Under the pieces are notes generated by a model. It saw only the letters and a program-made list of their open reading frames with translations. It was not told the origin of the DNA and did not search any database. The position numbers and the translations under genes are program-made. A stretch of DNA of 64,000 nt from Ginglymostoma cirratum (Eukaryota), in contig JAHRHZ010000285.1 in NCBI GenBank assembly GCA_024137785.1, positions 62,001 through 126,000 on the forward strand, given 5' to 3'. Shown one piece after another: positions 24,906-38,780 of the stretch. Each line of letters begins with the position of its first letter. The stretch's first letter is position 1.

Positions 24906-27719
24906 ATATATATCAACGTATCCCACTTCACATGAGTTCTGAAGAAGGCTGAAAACCTTAAATGATTTCTCACCACAAATTTTGCCAGACCAGCTGAGTT
25001 ACTCCAGTTTGTGGAATAGTCCGAAATCGGGACTTTATTTCGGACACTCATTTTTTGCAACTGTGTAGGCCGTGGTGCACACATGCATGAAAATTGCAAC
25101 TGCCTGACAAGTATAGAATTTCCATGCCACCACTTTGAGCTTTAGGTGACAGACTTAGGTGTGCGTGATGTACGTAAATATTTGTTTCAAATTGCTGCCT
25201 TGCCCACTGTATGGCGTCATTCACTTGCTGTCCTAACTAAACTGAACTCCGTAAACAAGCCTCTCATCATCCTTACCCCTGGGCGCAGACAATGACAGTC
25301 TCAATGAGACCTATTGATGGTTAACACCTCAGTCAATTATTCAGAAAGCAACTTACTTATTCTTTCAGACTCTCACCACCTATTTAATTCACCGACTCAT
25401 CGGCTACGCACTCACTAAAACACAGTCGCTCCTTCAGCACTGAAACGGTCACACTCCGGTGAAATCTCATTCAAATCCTAGTCAGAAGCGCCCACCTATT
25501 CTCTGACTTGCTTCACCATTTTGACACACCATTCACCCACTCACGCCCTCATCCACCCAGGCAGTAAATGTTTCTCTATCTCAATCACGCAGTCAAACTC
25601 CTTTTTACTTAGTTAAATAGGTGCAAAATGACCCACTCGCCCCGTTTCTCTCTCAGTTATCCTCATCCTTTCTCAACCTCACTTCCACTCTTTTGCGCAT
25701 TCACTGATCCAAACAGATTTTCTCATACATTAATTCACTGACGGTCCCGCTTTCTGATTTAATCAATTACTCATTAATTCCTTGGCCTTTTGCTCGCCCA
25801 AGAGTAACTTGCTCATTTCACTCAGACAAACACGGTTACCATTGTTCACATGTTCACCCAACTTTCTACTTAGGTAGTCACTCACTCACTCACAGGCTCG
25901 CTCAACCAGTCCCACACATATTTGATCATTTAATCACGAAATATCACACTCATCCATACATCCACAAAACAATGCAAAACATGGATTTCTTTTTTGTTTT
26001 GGGAAAAAGTCGTAAAGAAGAAAAATATGCTGCAATGGGGACAATGTTTCCTTTGCATCTTCGCTTTCCTGACCTGAGCTGACTTCCCCATATTTGTTTG
26101 CATTGACCAAATTTCTCTTTGATCTGGCACTGGCTGTAAGCTCGTCAAATATCCGTTGTCATTTGAGAGTAAACTTCATGAACAGTGGCAGTGCACCCAA
26201 AATCTTTGGTGACCTGACGAGAGTTGATATTAATGTTAAAAACGAGTATGGGAATACCAAACACTCATTCGAAGCAGATTAAGAAATAAGTAACAAATGC
26301 TGGCCCTATCAACAATGGCCACGTTTTATTCACGAACGAAGACAATAATTGATGAAAGGCTGACAAAATAGTTCATCAAAAAATGGCTGAATGCTACACA
26401 ATTCATTGGTCATGGCGTTGCTATGGTAAATGGGGAGAAAACAAGCTTAAGTTGAAGCTGCTGTTTAACAAAGCAAAAATATTGCGGAAAGTAAGAGGGA
26501 TAGAATGACAAAAAAAACTGATACAATGCATAAAGAGACATTAAATGAAAAATGTCAAAAGAGAAAACAAAGATACGAGAAGATACACATAGGGAAATGT
26601 AGATTCCGATGCTGTGATGCAGCTAAATTCTAACTAATTAGTAATGCCAATGTAACAATGATATTTGATGCAGACTGAGGACAGAATGGTGAGAGTGAGT
26701 GCAATGGTGTATTGAACTTGTCAAGTGATACAGGATCTAGATCACACCAACGGGTTAAATGGAGGGCCGCCTGAAAATAATGTTTCTTCAGACGGAGTCT
26801 GATTTGATGGCGACTTCATCATGAACAAGGTATTCTGTGTGATAACTGTAAGAAGTAAAGAGTATTTGCGTGTCACCGGAAGGAACGTCTTATGTCTTTG
26901 ATTTTGGGGAGGGCCAAGGTAAGTTGTGCTTTTCATTCTTCAAATTTGCAGGAAAGATGCCACAGGAAGTTGAGGCTGTTGGGGAAGGAGTTTGGGGAAG
27001 GTACTACGGTTCTGCTGAGGGAATATTGCCTTTGCCATGATACGACAATATGTTCCAACGGCACACTACTTTGGAAGGTTGTGCTCAAGTTAAGGTAATG
27101 AGCAGATATAATCTGCTGTGAACCTGAGATTCCTCTTGTTCCTTATCTGTGCAAAATGTTTTCCACTTTGATGAGAAATGGCATACCTTTGGTAATTGCA
27201 TGGTCCCTCACTTGGCACATTACAATAGAAAACAATATTGAATGCTTATGGCTCTGATTGTGCTGTTTGATCACTGTCTGAACTCTAGAACTGAATAGTG
27301 TTACCTTTGGAAGTGATATTCAAATTTCATTCACTGCAGAGGCAAATAAAAACTACACAAACCAAGGAAAACACAAAGCATTCTACTGGGAAATCTGATG
27401 AAAGCTCATCAACAAGCAGAGTAGCATTTTCAGCAGTTGATACAAGCCATATTTGAACGACTCACAAACATTCTTCTCTCAATGAATTGCATATGCGATT
27501 TTCCATCTGAAGATCCATACAGTGAAAATCTCATAAAATCTAAGAAGTATCTATCTGTACGCTTTCGATGCCAAGGCATATAGGCTATGCAGTAAATACT
27601 GGAAAGTGAGATAAGAATAGCTAGGTAGTAAGTCTTGACTGGCATCGATGCGGTGGGCCAAAGGTCCTTTTACTTTTTGGTCAATCTGAATGACTCAATG
27701 TCTCAATTCATGAACAGGA

Positions 27720-29650
27720 AGAGAAAACATGCGCCAGGGCAGGCGGGTGTAGTGTCTGTGAGAGTAGAATGTGTTGTCTGACCAAACTAGAAGGCCGTTA
27801 TTAAGTGGAGTGGCATGTAGTAACTGAGCAATGGTGGTATAGTGACTGAGGCTAATCGGATGCAGTTTGTCTCATGGAATGAGATGCAGTGGATGGGGAA
27901 ATGAGATGACTGAATGAGGGGAATAGATGCAGTGTTTCAGCGTGGGACGTATGTCGACTGAAGAAACGGAGAAATGATAAGGGAAGTGGATTGTCGTGTC
28001 TAACATGAGAGGCACAGACTGAACAAGGAACTTTACTTCATCCACTCAGGGGATGTGGATATCGCTAGCTGCCTAGCATTTCATTGCCTGTCCCAAAGTA
28101 CTGTTGAGAAGGTGGTGAGAATTAAATGACTGTAGGTCATGGCAATTAGTGACGGAGGGGCATGGGATATCATGACCAAAGAGAGTGAGAGACAATGAGT
28201 GAGTGAAGTGTTGGTATTTAGCAAATGCCATAAAATGACAAAGGTGAGTTTGAGGGAGTGATTTAATAAGCTAGCATGGAATGCAATGGACTTTCACGAA
28301 TGAGGATAGTCTGAAGCAATGACTGCACAGAGTGTGAAATTATATTCTTTCCCCTTTGTTCATTCATGGGATGAGGACGTCGCTGGCTATCAGAATCAAT
28401 AACATTGTTATGGGTCTGGAGTCACGTGTAGGCCAGTCCAGTTCAAGGTTATCATTAGATTCTTAATTCAAGATATTTTATTGAATTCAAATGTCAATAT
28501 CTGCCGTGGCGGGATTGGAACCCGGGTCCCCAGATTGTTATCCGGGTCTCTGGATTAACAATCCAGCAATAATACCACCAGGCCCTTGCCTCCCCTGTAG
28601 GTTTATAGCGTATGTGAAAAAAATACCACTTTCGAAACTTTCCAAGAAAATAAACAAACTGTTGAGGCGATGGTTTGACTTCAATCTCCCATACCACCAG
28701 CCATTGTTGTAGATTCAAAAATAAAGCCCATGCAAGTATCCTTTCATGATATGACTAATGGTTTGATTAACACTGCCTTTTCTCTGCCAGTGAGATCTGC
28801 GAGTGCATGGCGCCTCAGTGGTTAGCCCTGCTGCCTCACAGCGCCAGGGACCCGGGTTTGCTTCCACCCTCGGGTGACTGCGTGTGTTAAGTTTGCACAT
28901 TCTCCCCGTGTTTACATGGGTTTCCTCCCACAGTCCAAAGGTGTGCAGGTTTGGTGGATTGGCTATGTTAAATTGCCCATAGTGTTCAGGGATGTGTAGC
29001 TGAGGTGGGTTTTCGGGAGATGGTTCAGGGTGGGATTCTCCAAGGGTTGGTGTGGACTTGTTGGGCCGAAGGGCCTGTTTCCCTGCTGTAGGGATTCTAT
29101 GATATCAGGCTGATAATTTGTAATCTTAAATAAAGTCTTCATAAAGCATAATACCTTGTGTCTCTCATTGATGAAAGTGAGAAGCAAACATTGAGCCTAT
29201 TAGTTGACAAAGACTGTGAGAACAGATGGAGGGCATAGTTGGTCCAAATTCCACCAGTGGCAGCAGTTGGATGTAGTGACACCGAAAAGTGGAATATAGT
29301 GACTGAAGTGGGGGAGAAGTTTTGATGCGGGGTGTATTGTTTTCATGTTTGAATGGAATAAGACTTTTGCTGAAGGGGATTTGGAACTACTCCAAAAGTC
29401 TTTCAAATGTCTAGAATCAGGAGACCCAACAGAATGGCTGAGTGAATTAACCTGAAATGGCTAAAGAGAGGTTGATTTGACTGAGGATGCTGATAGGTAA
29501 TGATTGGTTATTGTGTGAGGTACTGAGCAATGAAAGTCGAATGTAGTGATTGTCAGTTGTGTGATGTAGTTACTCAGAGGAATGGTGTGCAGGATGTGAT
29601 GGGAGTGGGATGTACTGACGGAGAGAATAGGGATGCTATTATTGAGGGGC
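27720..29650. repeat. Highly degenerate ~22-24 bp minisatellite (GATGYAGTGACTGAGGGAGTGG-like), interrupted by SINE/LINE tails
   Basis: Recurrent GTAGTGACTGA/GAGTGGGATG words; the complementary form occurs at 30620-30995. Confidence 0.45.
28800..29103 (+). mobile_element. HE1/V-SINE-type SINE
   Basis: CAGTGGTTAGCCCTGCTGCCTCACAGCGCCAGGGACCCGGGTT...TTTGCACATTCTCCCCGTG...GGGCCGAAGGGCCTGTTTCC..GGGATTCTATGA. Confidence 0.88.
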
Positions 29651-29693
29651 ACTGGCTTTCAACTTGGGTCCACACTGGGTGTCCCTGATGTAG

Positions 29694-29920
29694 GCTTCAT
29701 CTCGGGACTGCGAGTCAGCACTGTGCTTCACTTCGAGGCTGAGACTCAGCACTTGGCTTCAGCTCGAGGCTGGTAGACTGTGTCGAGCTGCAACTCGAGG
29801 CTTGGTTTCCTTGCTGAGCTTCACCTCGAGGCCCGTGCTGGGCCTCACGTTGTGTCTGCGCTGGGCTTCACATCGAGTCCAGCACTAAGTTTGATCTCGA
29901 GTCTGTGCTGGCACAACTCG
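29694..29920. repeat. Fixed-period array of GCTTCANCTCGAGGC cores with variable spacers
   Basis: Cores at 29694, 29725, 29756, 29787, 29818 (31-nt period), then 29842, 29865, 29889 (23-24 nt). Confidence 0.75.
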
Positions 29921-30999
29921 CTGTCATCGATGCATTCCAAGGAGGGGACGCAAGGAGAAAGGAAGGAAATAAAAACGTGGAAAGTGGGAATAAAATCAAC
30001 GAAAAGAAGGAGAGGAAACACATGGAGCAGAGAACTTGCAGCCCAGGAACCCTACTGAGCCACCATATTGCTGTAAAGTATACCTTGGTGCACTTTGGTG
30101 ATCCTTTACATATATTTACGTCCTATCTTGTTATTGTTATTCTGCAACACGAAAGATACAGCAAGAGAAATATTCAGAAGCCGATTTGTATTTTCTACCC
30201 CCCCCCCAGGGATGTCAGGGCTATATCCAGATCTAGCAGACGTCACGAGGTCCCCCCACTCCCAAACTTAGTTTTGGGATAAATGGTCATCTGGGATCAC
30301 TTGTTGCGACTATTCACCACTCATGTGGATCACCACTGCAATTTTTATCGTCAACTAAAAAATGTCGCAGTTTGGTCCATTCAGCTGCGATGTTTCGACC
30401 TTGAAGCATTACTGTCCAGTGCACTGTACGCTTTTTACTAACTGTGCTATCTTTAATGCACGCATCTAACAATAACTGAATAAACATTTCTGTAATGATG
30501 GTCAAGGGGTTAATTATTTCAGAAAAATTCTGCACTGCGCAGAAAATTGCAAAGTGATGCCTTTGGTGTGTTGCAAATCTTTGCTGCGCAGGGGAAAAAC
30601 ACCTCGAGGGATAAGTCACTAGTCCTATTCTCCCTTGACAACGATATCACGCTCACCTCGGATACTGAAGCCCACTATCCTTAGACATTGCATTCCCTAC
30701 ATTTCACCGTGCTTCTTTTTTTAATTGGATTTCAGTCTGCGTAATCACTTCAGTCATCTATCCCAGACTTCCACTCCCTAATTCAATGCATTTCATTGAC
30801 ATTCATCATTTATTCAACTCCCCTCGGTAACGACATCACAATCCTCTGAGATACTGCATCCCAATCCCTTCAGTCACTATATGCTATCCTCCCAAGTAAC
30901 AGCATATCTCTCCCATTTGGCACCGTGTGCCATTCCCTCAGTGATGACATCCCGCTCCCCTAAGTCACGACATCCCACTTCACTCAGTCACTGCAAACC

Positions 31000-31285
31000 A
31001 TACTACTGTGAGATAACCTAGTTCGTTGTCCACTACATCACCAATATTGGTGCCATCGGCAAAATTACTAACTATATCTCCTGTATTCACATCCAAATCA
31101 TTTATATAAATGACAAAAATCAGTGGAGCCATCAACGATCTTTGCAGCAATTGCTGGTCACATGCTTCCGGTCTGAAAAGCGCCACCACTCTATGTCTCA
31201 TATCTTCCAGCCAATATTACACCAAAAATGTTAGCTCTCCCTGTATTCCACGTGGTCTAATCTTGTTAACCAGTATACCATGCGG
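31000..31285 (-). mobile_element. CR1 RT fragment
   Basis: PLIFVIYINDLDVNTGDIVSNFADGTNIG on the minus strand. Confidence 0.8.
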
Positions 31286-32959
31286 TAAAGAATGTCATGG
31301 TTGAATCAGTTGCTGGAAAAGTTGGTAACAAAGCTGTTGCCCACATGATGAGAAAATCCCTACTAACCAAAGAAATAAAGATTAATTGTTTTTGATGTGT
31401 ACCTATACATTCATACATTCAACTGATGTTTCTTCCAGCAAGTCTTCCACTGTCATTAGTGATGTTATTTTCCCAATCCCCCAATCATCATTCTCGTTCA
31501 CCATAAGTATTGGGAAAATTCATTTTATTTATCCGCACACGAGTAAAAGTTGTTGTTCAACCATTTCTGGAAATTCAATCGTTTAAATAAAAAAACTGAT
31601 TGTAAACTGTACGTAACAGCAGATACGACCTTTACGGAATTGTGGGGGATTGAAGATTGCATTTGTGATGACAATTGGTTTTCTCTTGTTTTAGTGATCA
31701 GCGTACAAACTTTGGTAACGTTGCTTTGCGAGAAACATATGGAACATTAATGGGAGACGTCGTGTTTTCTCCACGAATTGCGGGACAATGTGAAGATGGA
31801 CGTTTATGGGGTGAATTTGATGCATTAATAACAATTGGGTGTGAATATCAAATTTGCAGGAGGTTATTTTGTGAGGTTGTTCAGGAGCTCCTGTTGTGGT
31901 GCGGTTGAAATTAATTCTGATCCAGATGAGATTCGTCTTGTCTTATCGGTTTCCGCTTGTGTGAATTTTGGAATTTTGTGCAAGACATACATACATCAAG
32001 ATGAAAAAGGTGATTTTAAACGGGTAATTCAAGATATTCCTCATAATGGTGAAAGTAGGGATAAATGCAGGAGATCGTCAAAAGGAGTGATTACTGCGTT
32101 TTTGTCCAAATGTACGGATTCAGCTTTGGTTCTTGTGTCACGTATTGCATTGTTAATAACAATGTGTACTTTAATATTTTAATGCTTTTTTTTCCAATTC
32201 AACTTGTAAATGTGAAAACAGATACCTAGTAATCGATTGGTGTAATGTAGGCGAGAATTTAATTAATTGTGAGAATGCAATGTTAGTCATCCATTAATAG
32301 TTATTTTGACTGGATTTTAAATGCTTCAAATGAGACAACTTCGTCATGATTTGTGATCCATTTCGCTTGGAGCTTCAGTATCACGAGCAGTGACTGTGAT
32401 GGGTGACCAGCAGCAGAAATGGCTCCGAGATTGGTTAAGAGCTATAATAAGTTATGCTGTGAATTTTGGTTAAGCTAGTTTAAACTCTGACCTCACTTAA
32501 AACTCCAGCCAGGATCTGGTGTGACCTGCAGTTTCCTATGTTGACCAAATAAGTGGCTCTAGACAGAAAGACATGATACTAACTTATATGGAACATGGCA
32601 TGTCGCTGTTTAACACTTAGTGTAAATATTTGGGAGTTGTTTAACAGTAAACACCTTTGGCTGGGATCGAACAATGTGCTCACGCTTTCATCACTTCATT
32701 TTCTGAGTGCCGCAGAGATTTCTGGAAATGAAGTACATTTTCAGATAGTTAGTGAAACAAAGGAATTTGCAGAGGAGAAGCCTTCGAGGCCACACTAAAC
32801 GTCATAGAGTCATTCAGCGCGGAAACAGATCCTTCAGTCTAACTCGTCCATGCACATCAGGTTTCCAAAAACTAAACTCGTCCCATTGGGCTACGTGTGG
32901 TCCATATCCCTCTTTCCAACATTCATCTTTCTGACCAAATGTCTTTTACACACCATAGG

Positions 32960-33865
32960 AACAAATTACTGCAGATGCTGGTACCTGCACTGAAAACATT
33001 AAATGCTGGATTTCAGAGCAATTCAGACAGCATCCATGGAGCGAGATCAAACTAACGTTTCAAGACTAGACAACCCTTCGGGGCTGAAGGAAGTATGAAG
33101 GGGACAGCATTTACGCTATAGTTTCTGGGTGTGAGTGGGGGTCATGTGTGTAGGGCGCTGGTGGCAAAAAGTTGATGATTGTTCAGATGACGTGATGGGA
33201 ACAATTGTGTTTCTCCTGCCAGACTTGAAAGAACAGAAACTGGGATGTGGTGGTGGTGGTGGTGGTGGTGGTGGTGGGGCGCGCGGGGGTGGGTGGTGGT
33301 GGCGGTGATGACAACAGCTAAAAGAAACCGAGAAATGGCTCACAATTTAAAGATGTTGAACTCAACGTTAAGTCTGGAAGGCTGTAAAGTGCCTCGTCTG
33401 AATATGAGATGTTGTTCACCCAGTTTGTGTTCAGATTCACTAGAACACTGCAGCATGCTGAGAATAGACATGCACCTGTTCACAAAATCCATAAACCAGT
33501 CTGCCTCGGTAGGCCCATCGTTTCAGCCTGTTCCTGCCCCACTGAGCTTATTTCCTCATAACTTGACTCCATCCTCCCTCCACTTGTCCAGACTCTGCCC
33601 ACCTACATCCACGATTCCTCTGATGCCTCCCACGAAATTGACGATTTCCACTTCCCTGGCCCTAACTGTTGACTGTTAACTATGGATGTCCTTCTATTCT
33701 TCCATTCCCCACCAGGATGGTCTGAGAGCTCTCTGCTTCTTCATCGAACAGAGGCCTGAACACTCCTCATCCACTACTACTGTCCAACACCTGGTTGAAC
33801 TTGTTCTCTGACACAAAAAAAATTCTCGTTTAATTTATCTCACTTCTGCCAAGTCAATGGAGAAA
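32960..33865. mobile_element. Penelope-like element relic (inverted GIY-YIG C-terminus plus RT fragment)
   Basis: Plus strand 33475-33865: KIHKPVCLGRPIVSACSCPTELISS*LDSILPPLVQTLPTYIHDS...TMDV. Minus strand ~33350-33430: KLGEQHLIFRRGTLQPSRLNVEFN. Confidence 0.8.
33248..33277. repeat. (TGG)10 microsatellite
   Basis: Perfect TGG run. Confidence 0.95.
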
Positions 33866-36289
33866 AGCTGGAATTCATGTCACATATGCATCAGAATACC
33901 AACTGAAAAAAAAAGGAACAACATGCATATCTCATCAGAAGGTAGAGCTGATTGTTTAGCAAGTGCACGTTCACTGATAGGGGTGAGGTATCAATTGAAA
34001 TCTAGTCACATTTTTCTGACACATATAATAAATCGAACGAGATTAAATTACTTTTGGCCCTCGGAGTATTTGTGTTCATCTGTTTTCTTAGCGACGGCAA
34101 CAATTAACTTATTTACATCTGCAATGTACAGCCATGTTTAGAGAAATATATGCTGGTTGTGTTTTTAAAATCAACCACCATTCTTGACAGAAAAAAAAGA
34201 ACGATAGTTCCTGATGTAAGGTTCAAATTTTCCTAACATTGAACAAAAAAGCCTCACTCCCAATTCTCATGTGAATCAAATACACTTCTTTGCATTGCAA
34301 AAGCGTATCTTGCTACCGTCCTATCCTTTCGGCAACATTGGCATATCCAAGGATGATTGAAATATTAACCTTTCCACCATTTGCCAGGTAGTTTCATCAG
34401 CACCTCTCGCAAATCCATCGAGGCAAGGTCTAGTTCCATTTCATTGCTGGAGGATAGTAATGGTGAATTTAAACTGTTTCTCAGTTACTGCTAGAGATTA
34501 AGAACTGCTTCTATGGTTGCTAATTATGTCACTGGAGGCTTTCCACTTCTTAAAAAAGACTTATTTCAGTGTGCGCTAACGCAGTGTTCAGAGAACCATT
34601 GCGATTGGGCAGTATCAGCAAATTTCGGCATGAGAGAGAGAGAGACCGACAGAGAGAGAAAAAATATTCAGTGCTTTCAGGATAGTAATGGACCAGAAGC
34701 TGAGAATAGTTTGCAATATCACAGCAACAAGGAAGCGTTTTTCTGCCGCCTTTTACTATCTTACCACAAGTTACGATCAGCTCCCAGCAGAATACCGATT
34801 CGAATATGTTCTTCAAGTTATTCAGGCAGGATATTACCTCATTCTTGCTATTGTTGGGCTCCTGGGTAAGCCTTTGCATGATAGAATTAATTGTATCAGC
34901 CATGTTGCTTTCATAAGTGTTACTTTAGTTGAAAATTGAGACAGACTTTTTTTTGCTCTCTCTTGCCAATATCTCATACAGAATCCCACATTTTGTGACC
35001 TGCAATATTATTGTAAAGAGGTCGGCAGAGACTCGATGGACTGAAGGGCCTCTTCTTTGCCTTATGACTCTATGAATCATTTGACCGTCAGTAAGTCTCT
35101 TTCCAATGCCATTTCTTACACCAACCCAGTCTCTAACCTCTCCATAATCCTCCGTCTGCCCTTTTGCGTGCAAACAACTCTCCTCATATTAAGTTCAGAT
35201 TTGACATTTCTAATGTCAACTGCTATTTGTAAACGTTCCCAAACATCAGCTCATTCCAAACTTTACAGCTCATATCCGAGATAAGAACGAATTCTGTCCA
35301 ACAATCCTTCCTGACACACACTGGTTGCTGTTATCACAACATGTAGTGTTTCACACTGTGCTTGCTTATCTGTGGCCACGCAACGGCTCCTTTCTTTCCG
35401 TGTTCCCCATTTCTCACAATCACGTCTGTTTCACATGCTCCAGCAAATTGGTTTCCTTTTTTGGTGAAATCGAATTTCTACTTCTAAGTGAATTTATTTC
35501 TCGCTGTATTCCACCCGACTTGTGACAAGTGGCTGCAAGGAGATAATGCTGTGAATGTCGGAACCGTGACTTCGTCCAAGGACATGTAATGATGGCATGC
35601 GGCATTCCCCTTCTGTTCTACATCTTGACCACCAGGATTGACTCTGTTTAACTCTGTTCTTTGGAATCTGCCTTGGCCTGTGCAATATACATTGCTGATA
35701 AGTCATTCCAAGTTCGGCAGGAAAGATTTAATGTCGAAGCATTACTGAATTTTACTTTTCAATGCAGGGAAATATACTTTGTACGCCAGAAACAATGGCA
35801 TTATGTCTGAAATCGAATATTAGACTGTTATCGCTGAATCGTCGTGGGGCTGTTGCGGGGGCTAGAGTTTAGCTGTATCATACCTGGGCCTCCGAATACC
35901 CAATGAAGTGAGCATCAGTTGCAGAAGATGGGAAATTTACAAATGCGAAAAATACTTTAATTTTCAATGAAACACGCGTTTTCCGGGTTAATCAGCCCTA
36001 CACCGGCCCCCCTAACCTACCACCCCATGCATCGAGCGCAGGCTGAATACGTGAGAAGATGTTAATTTCACGAGGAGACCATTGCTGAACTTTGGGATAC
36101 GCTGCAGCACGACCTGCAGCCACGCACCGAGAACGGTACTCCAATCGACGCTTTCTATCAGAGTCGGTGCCAATGAATTCGGAAGGAAAAATTGACAAGG
36201 TATTGCAGAGTGAATATTGGAATCTCGGCAGGAGTTTACAATGTTGGAGCTGGAGGGTAGTAAACTCTGGATTACTCCATGTAGCAATA

Positions 36290-38780
36290 AGAATAAGAAC
36301 AGAAGGATAGGACAGATGAATGTGTGGTATAGGAATTGATGCAGGGGGCTGGGATTCAGATTTTTGAATCATTGAGATCAGTTATGGGGCAGCGGTGACG
36401 TGTACAAGAGGTTACACCTGAATTGGAGGGGGACCTATATCTTGGCGGGAAAATTGGCGAGAGCTACCCTCGAGAATTTAAGCCAGGCTGCCGGCGGCGG
36501 GGGTGGAGGAGGGAACGTTTGGGCAGTGTGTTTCTCGACAGGAGTGAGACGAGAGAGACGGCTGAAGTTAGGACGGAAGTTAAAGAGAACAAGTTAAATG
36601 GAAAATGCAGGGAAGAGCACGACAGCTAATGATGGAAGACTGATGAAGTAAATTACATTTATTCGAATGCAAGACACCTGAAAGTTAAGCCAGTTGAAAT
36701 CAGGCCATGGATGGGTACATAGCACTGGGATATCATAGCTACTGCAGAAATATGGTCGATGGAGGGACAGGACTGGCAGCTCAGTGTTCCGCGGTATAGA
36801 TCCTTTTGCAAAGATAGAAAGGGAGGCAAGAGACGAGGAGACTGGCTGTTTTGATGAGGAAAATAATTTAGTAACACTTAGTGAGGATATTCCGGACTGA
36901 TCGTCCAGTGAGTTTACTTTCATGGTAATGCACAATAAGGAAGATGTAATCACTTTGATGGAAATATACTCATACATCTCCCCTGTATTTCAGGGTCAGC
37001 TTGTTTCTGTTAGTGTGGAGGGCAAAACTGACAGGACTAGTGAACACGAGATGATTGCAACTATGGTCAAGAAAAAGAAGGAGGCATATGTCAGGGAAGA
37101 CAGCTGGGATCATGTGGATTCCTTGAGGAGCATTTGAGTCGCAGGAGTACACGTAATTGGGTATCAAAAGGACAAAAATGGGACCTGAGTTGGTTGTGGT
37201 CGGTAGGGTAAAGGAAATGCAAAAAAATTCCACAGGTATTTCATGGGTAAACGATACCTAGGGAGGGAATAGCGTCACTTACAGATCAACGAGATCGTAT
37301 ACTTGTGGAAACAGGGAGATTAGTGAAATCCGAAACAAATATTTCACATCAGCATTTACCATGAATTAAGAGATGGAATCCGGAGAACTTGAGGGAGTGA
37401 ATAGTGGTGTCTTGAAAAGAGGTACGTAACAGAAAAGGAGATGCTGGAGTTCTTAAAACGCAAACAAAAAGTACATTAATCACAAGGACCTTATGAAAGG
37501 AATCCCAGTACGGTAGGGAAGAATCTTTGGGACCCCTGCTAGGGGTATCATCGACAGTCATAGGTGAGGTGCTGCAAGACTGGATGATGGCTAATTTTGT
37601 ACTATTCTTTATGAAAGACTGCAAGGAAAAGCTAGGGAACTATAGATTGATAGTCCAACGTCACTGGTTGGTAAGTTGTTAGACGGGAGATCTACATGTC
37701 CTTGAAAAGACAATGAATGAACAGGAATGGTAAGCACACTTTTGCGCGTGGGAAATCTTGTCTCGTAAATTTGTTTTGAGTTTTTGAAGAGGTGACCAAG
37801 ATGATGTATGAAGACAGCGGGGTAGACGTTACCTACATGCTAAAGCCCTTAGACAAGATTCCACATGGGAGACTGACTAATCAGGTGAGATCGCTGTAGA
37901 TCCAACGAGGGCAGGCGAATTGAAGACAAAATTTTCATGACAGCGGGAGACTGAGAATGGCGCTAGAGGACTGTTGTTCCAACTGGAGGTCTGTGACCCG
38001 CGATATTTGCTGTGTTCACTCTTGTTCAACACTTATATAAACGATTTGGAAGAGAATATCGGTGACGTGTTTGTAAATTTACAGATGAAACCAATATTGG
38101 AGGTATGGTAGATAATGAAAATGTATTTTTCTCAGAGTACAAGAGGATTTCGATCAACTGAGCCAACTTCGAAAGTTGTTCTATAAGATATCAAATATTA
38201 GTTTGCACGCTAAAGTAAGAAAACATATAGGTCTTGGTAGGCAGTATATTGAAATGGAGTACAGATTGATTCAGAAATAGAAGTCAGAGAATTAGGACCC
38301 AGAGCATATTTTCACGATGGATAAATTCGTGATTTGGAATTTGGAAGTGAATGTACAATGAAATATTTGCTGAGGGACACAAGAGCGGTGGGACAGCAAA
38401 TGCAGAGGATGATCTATCGAGACTGCAGTGAGAATATCGGCAGGTTCAGTGAGTGGGAAATAAACGTTCAGTTAAATATAATTTGGAGAGAAGGGAGGTT
38501 ACATACTTTGGCGCCAAGAATTTAATAGCTGAATATTATTTGAATGGGGAAATACAAACAAAAAAGAGGGCAGATGAGAGATTCTTTTTTGTGCAACGTT
38601 ATTTTTATGCTAGGTGTCTAAACATACTGGGGGCTACTGGTAACAATCTTCAATATGTATTAAGGGAAAACATGTTACTGCTGTCAGCCAGGAAAATGGA
38701 GAAGATGTCCGGGTCAGCATGATCTCGTTGAATGGACTAATGAATTGAATGGTCTATTTCAGATCTGATGTCTTATGATC
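36290..38780 (+). mobile_element. Heavily decayed CR1 LINE(s) inside intron of GPCR paralog 2
   Basis: ORF1 esterase tail LHLNWRGTYILAG, endonuclease WDII..ETW-like, FEEVTK, and INDL/FTDETN motifs, all in fragments. Confidence 0.7.

Noticed and set aside
29694-29920. CRISPR-like array or LEVKPS-type coding repeat on the minus strand
   Set aside because: Cores are degenerate and too short, there are no cas genes, and a 31-nt period breaks the reading frame.
33116-33679. Poly-Trp and poly-Pro ORFs
   Set aside because: Translation of (TGG)10 plus off-frame Penelope sequence.
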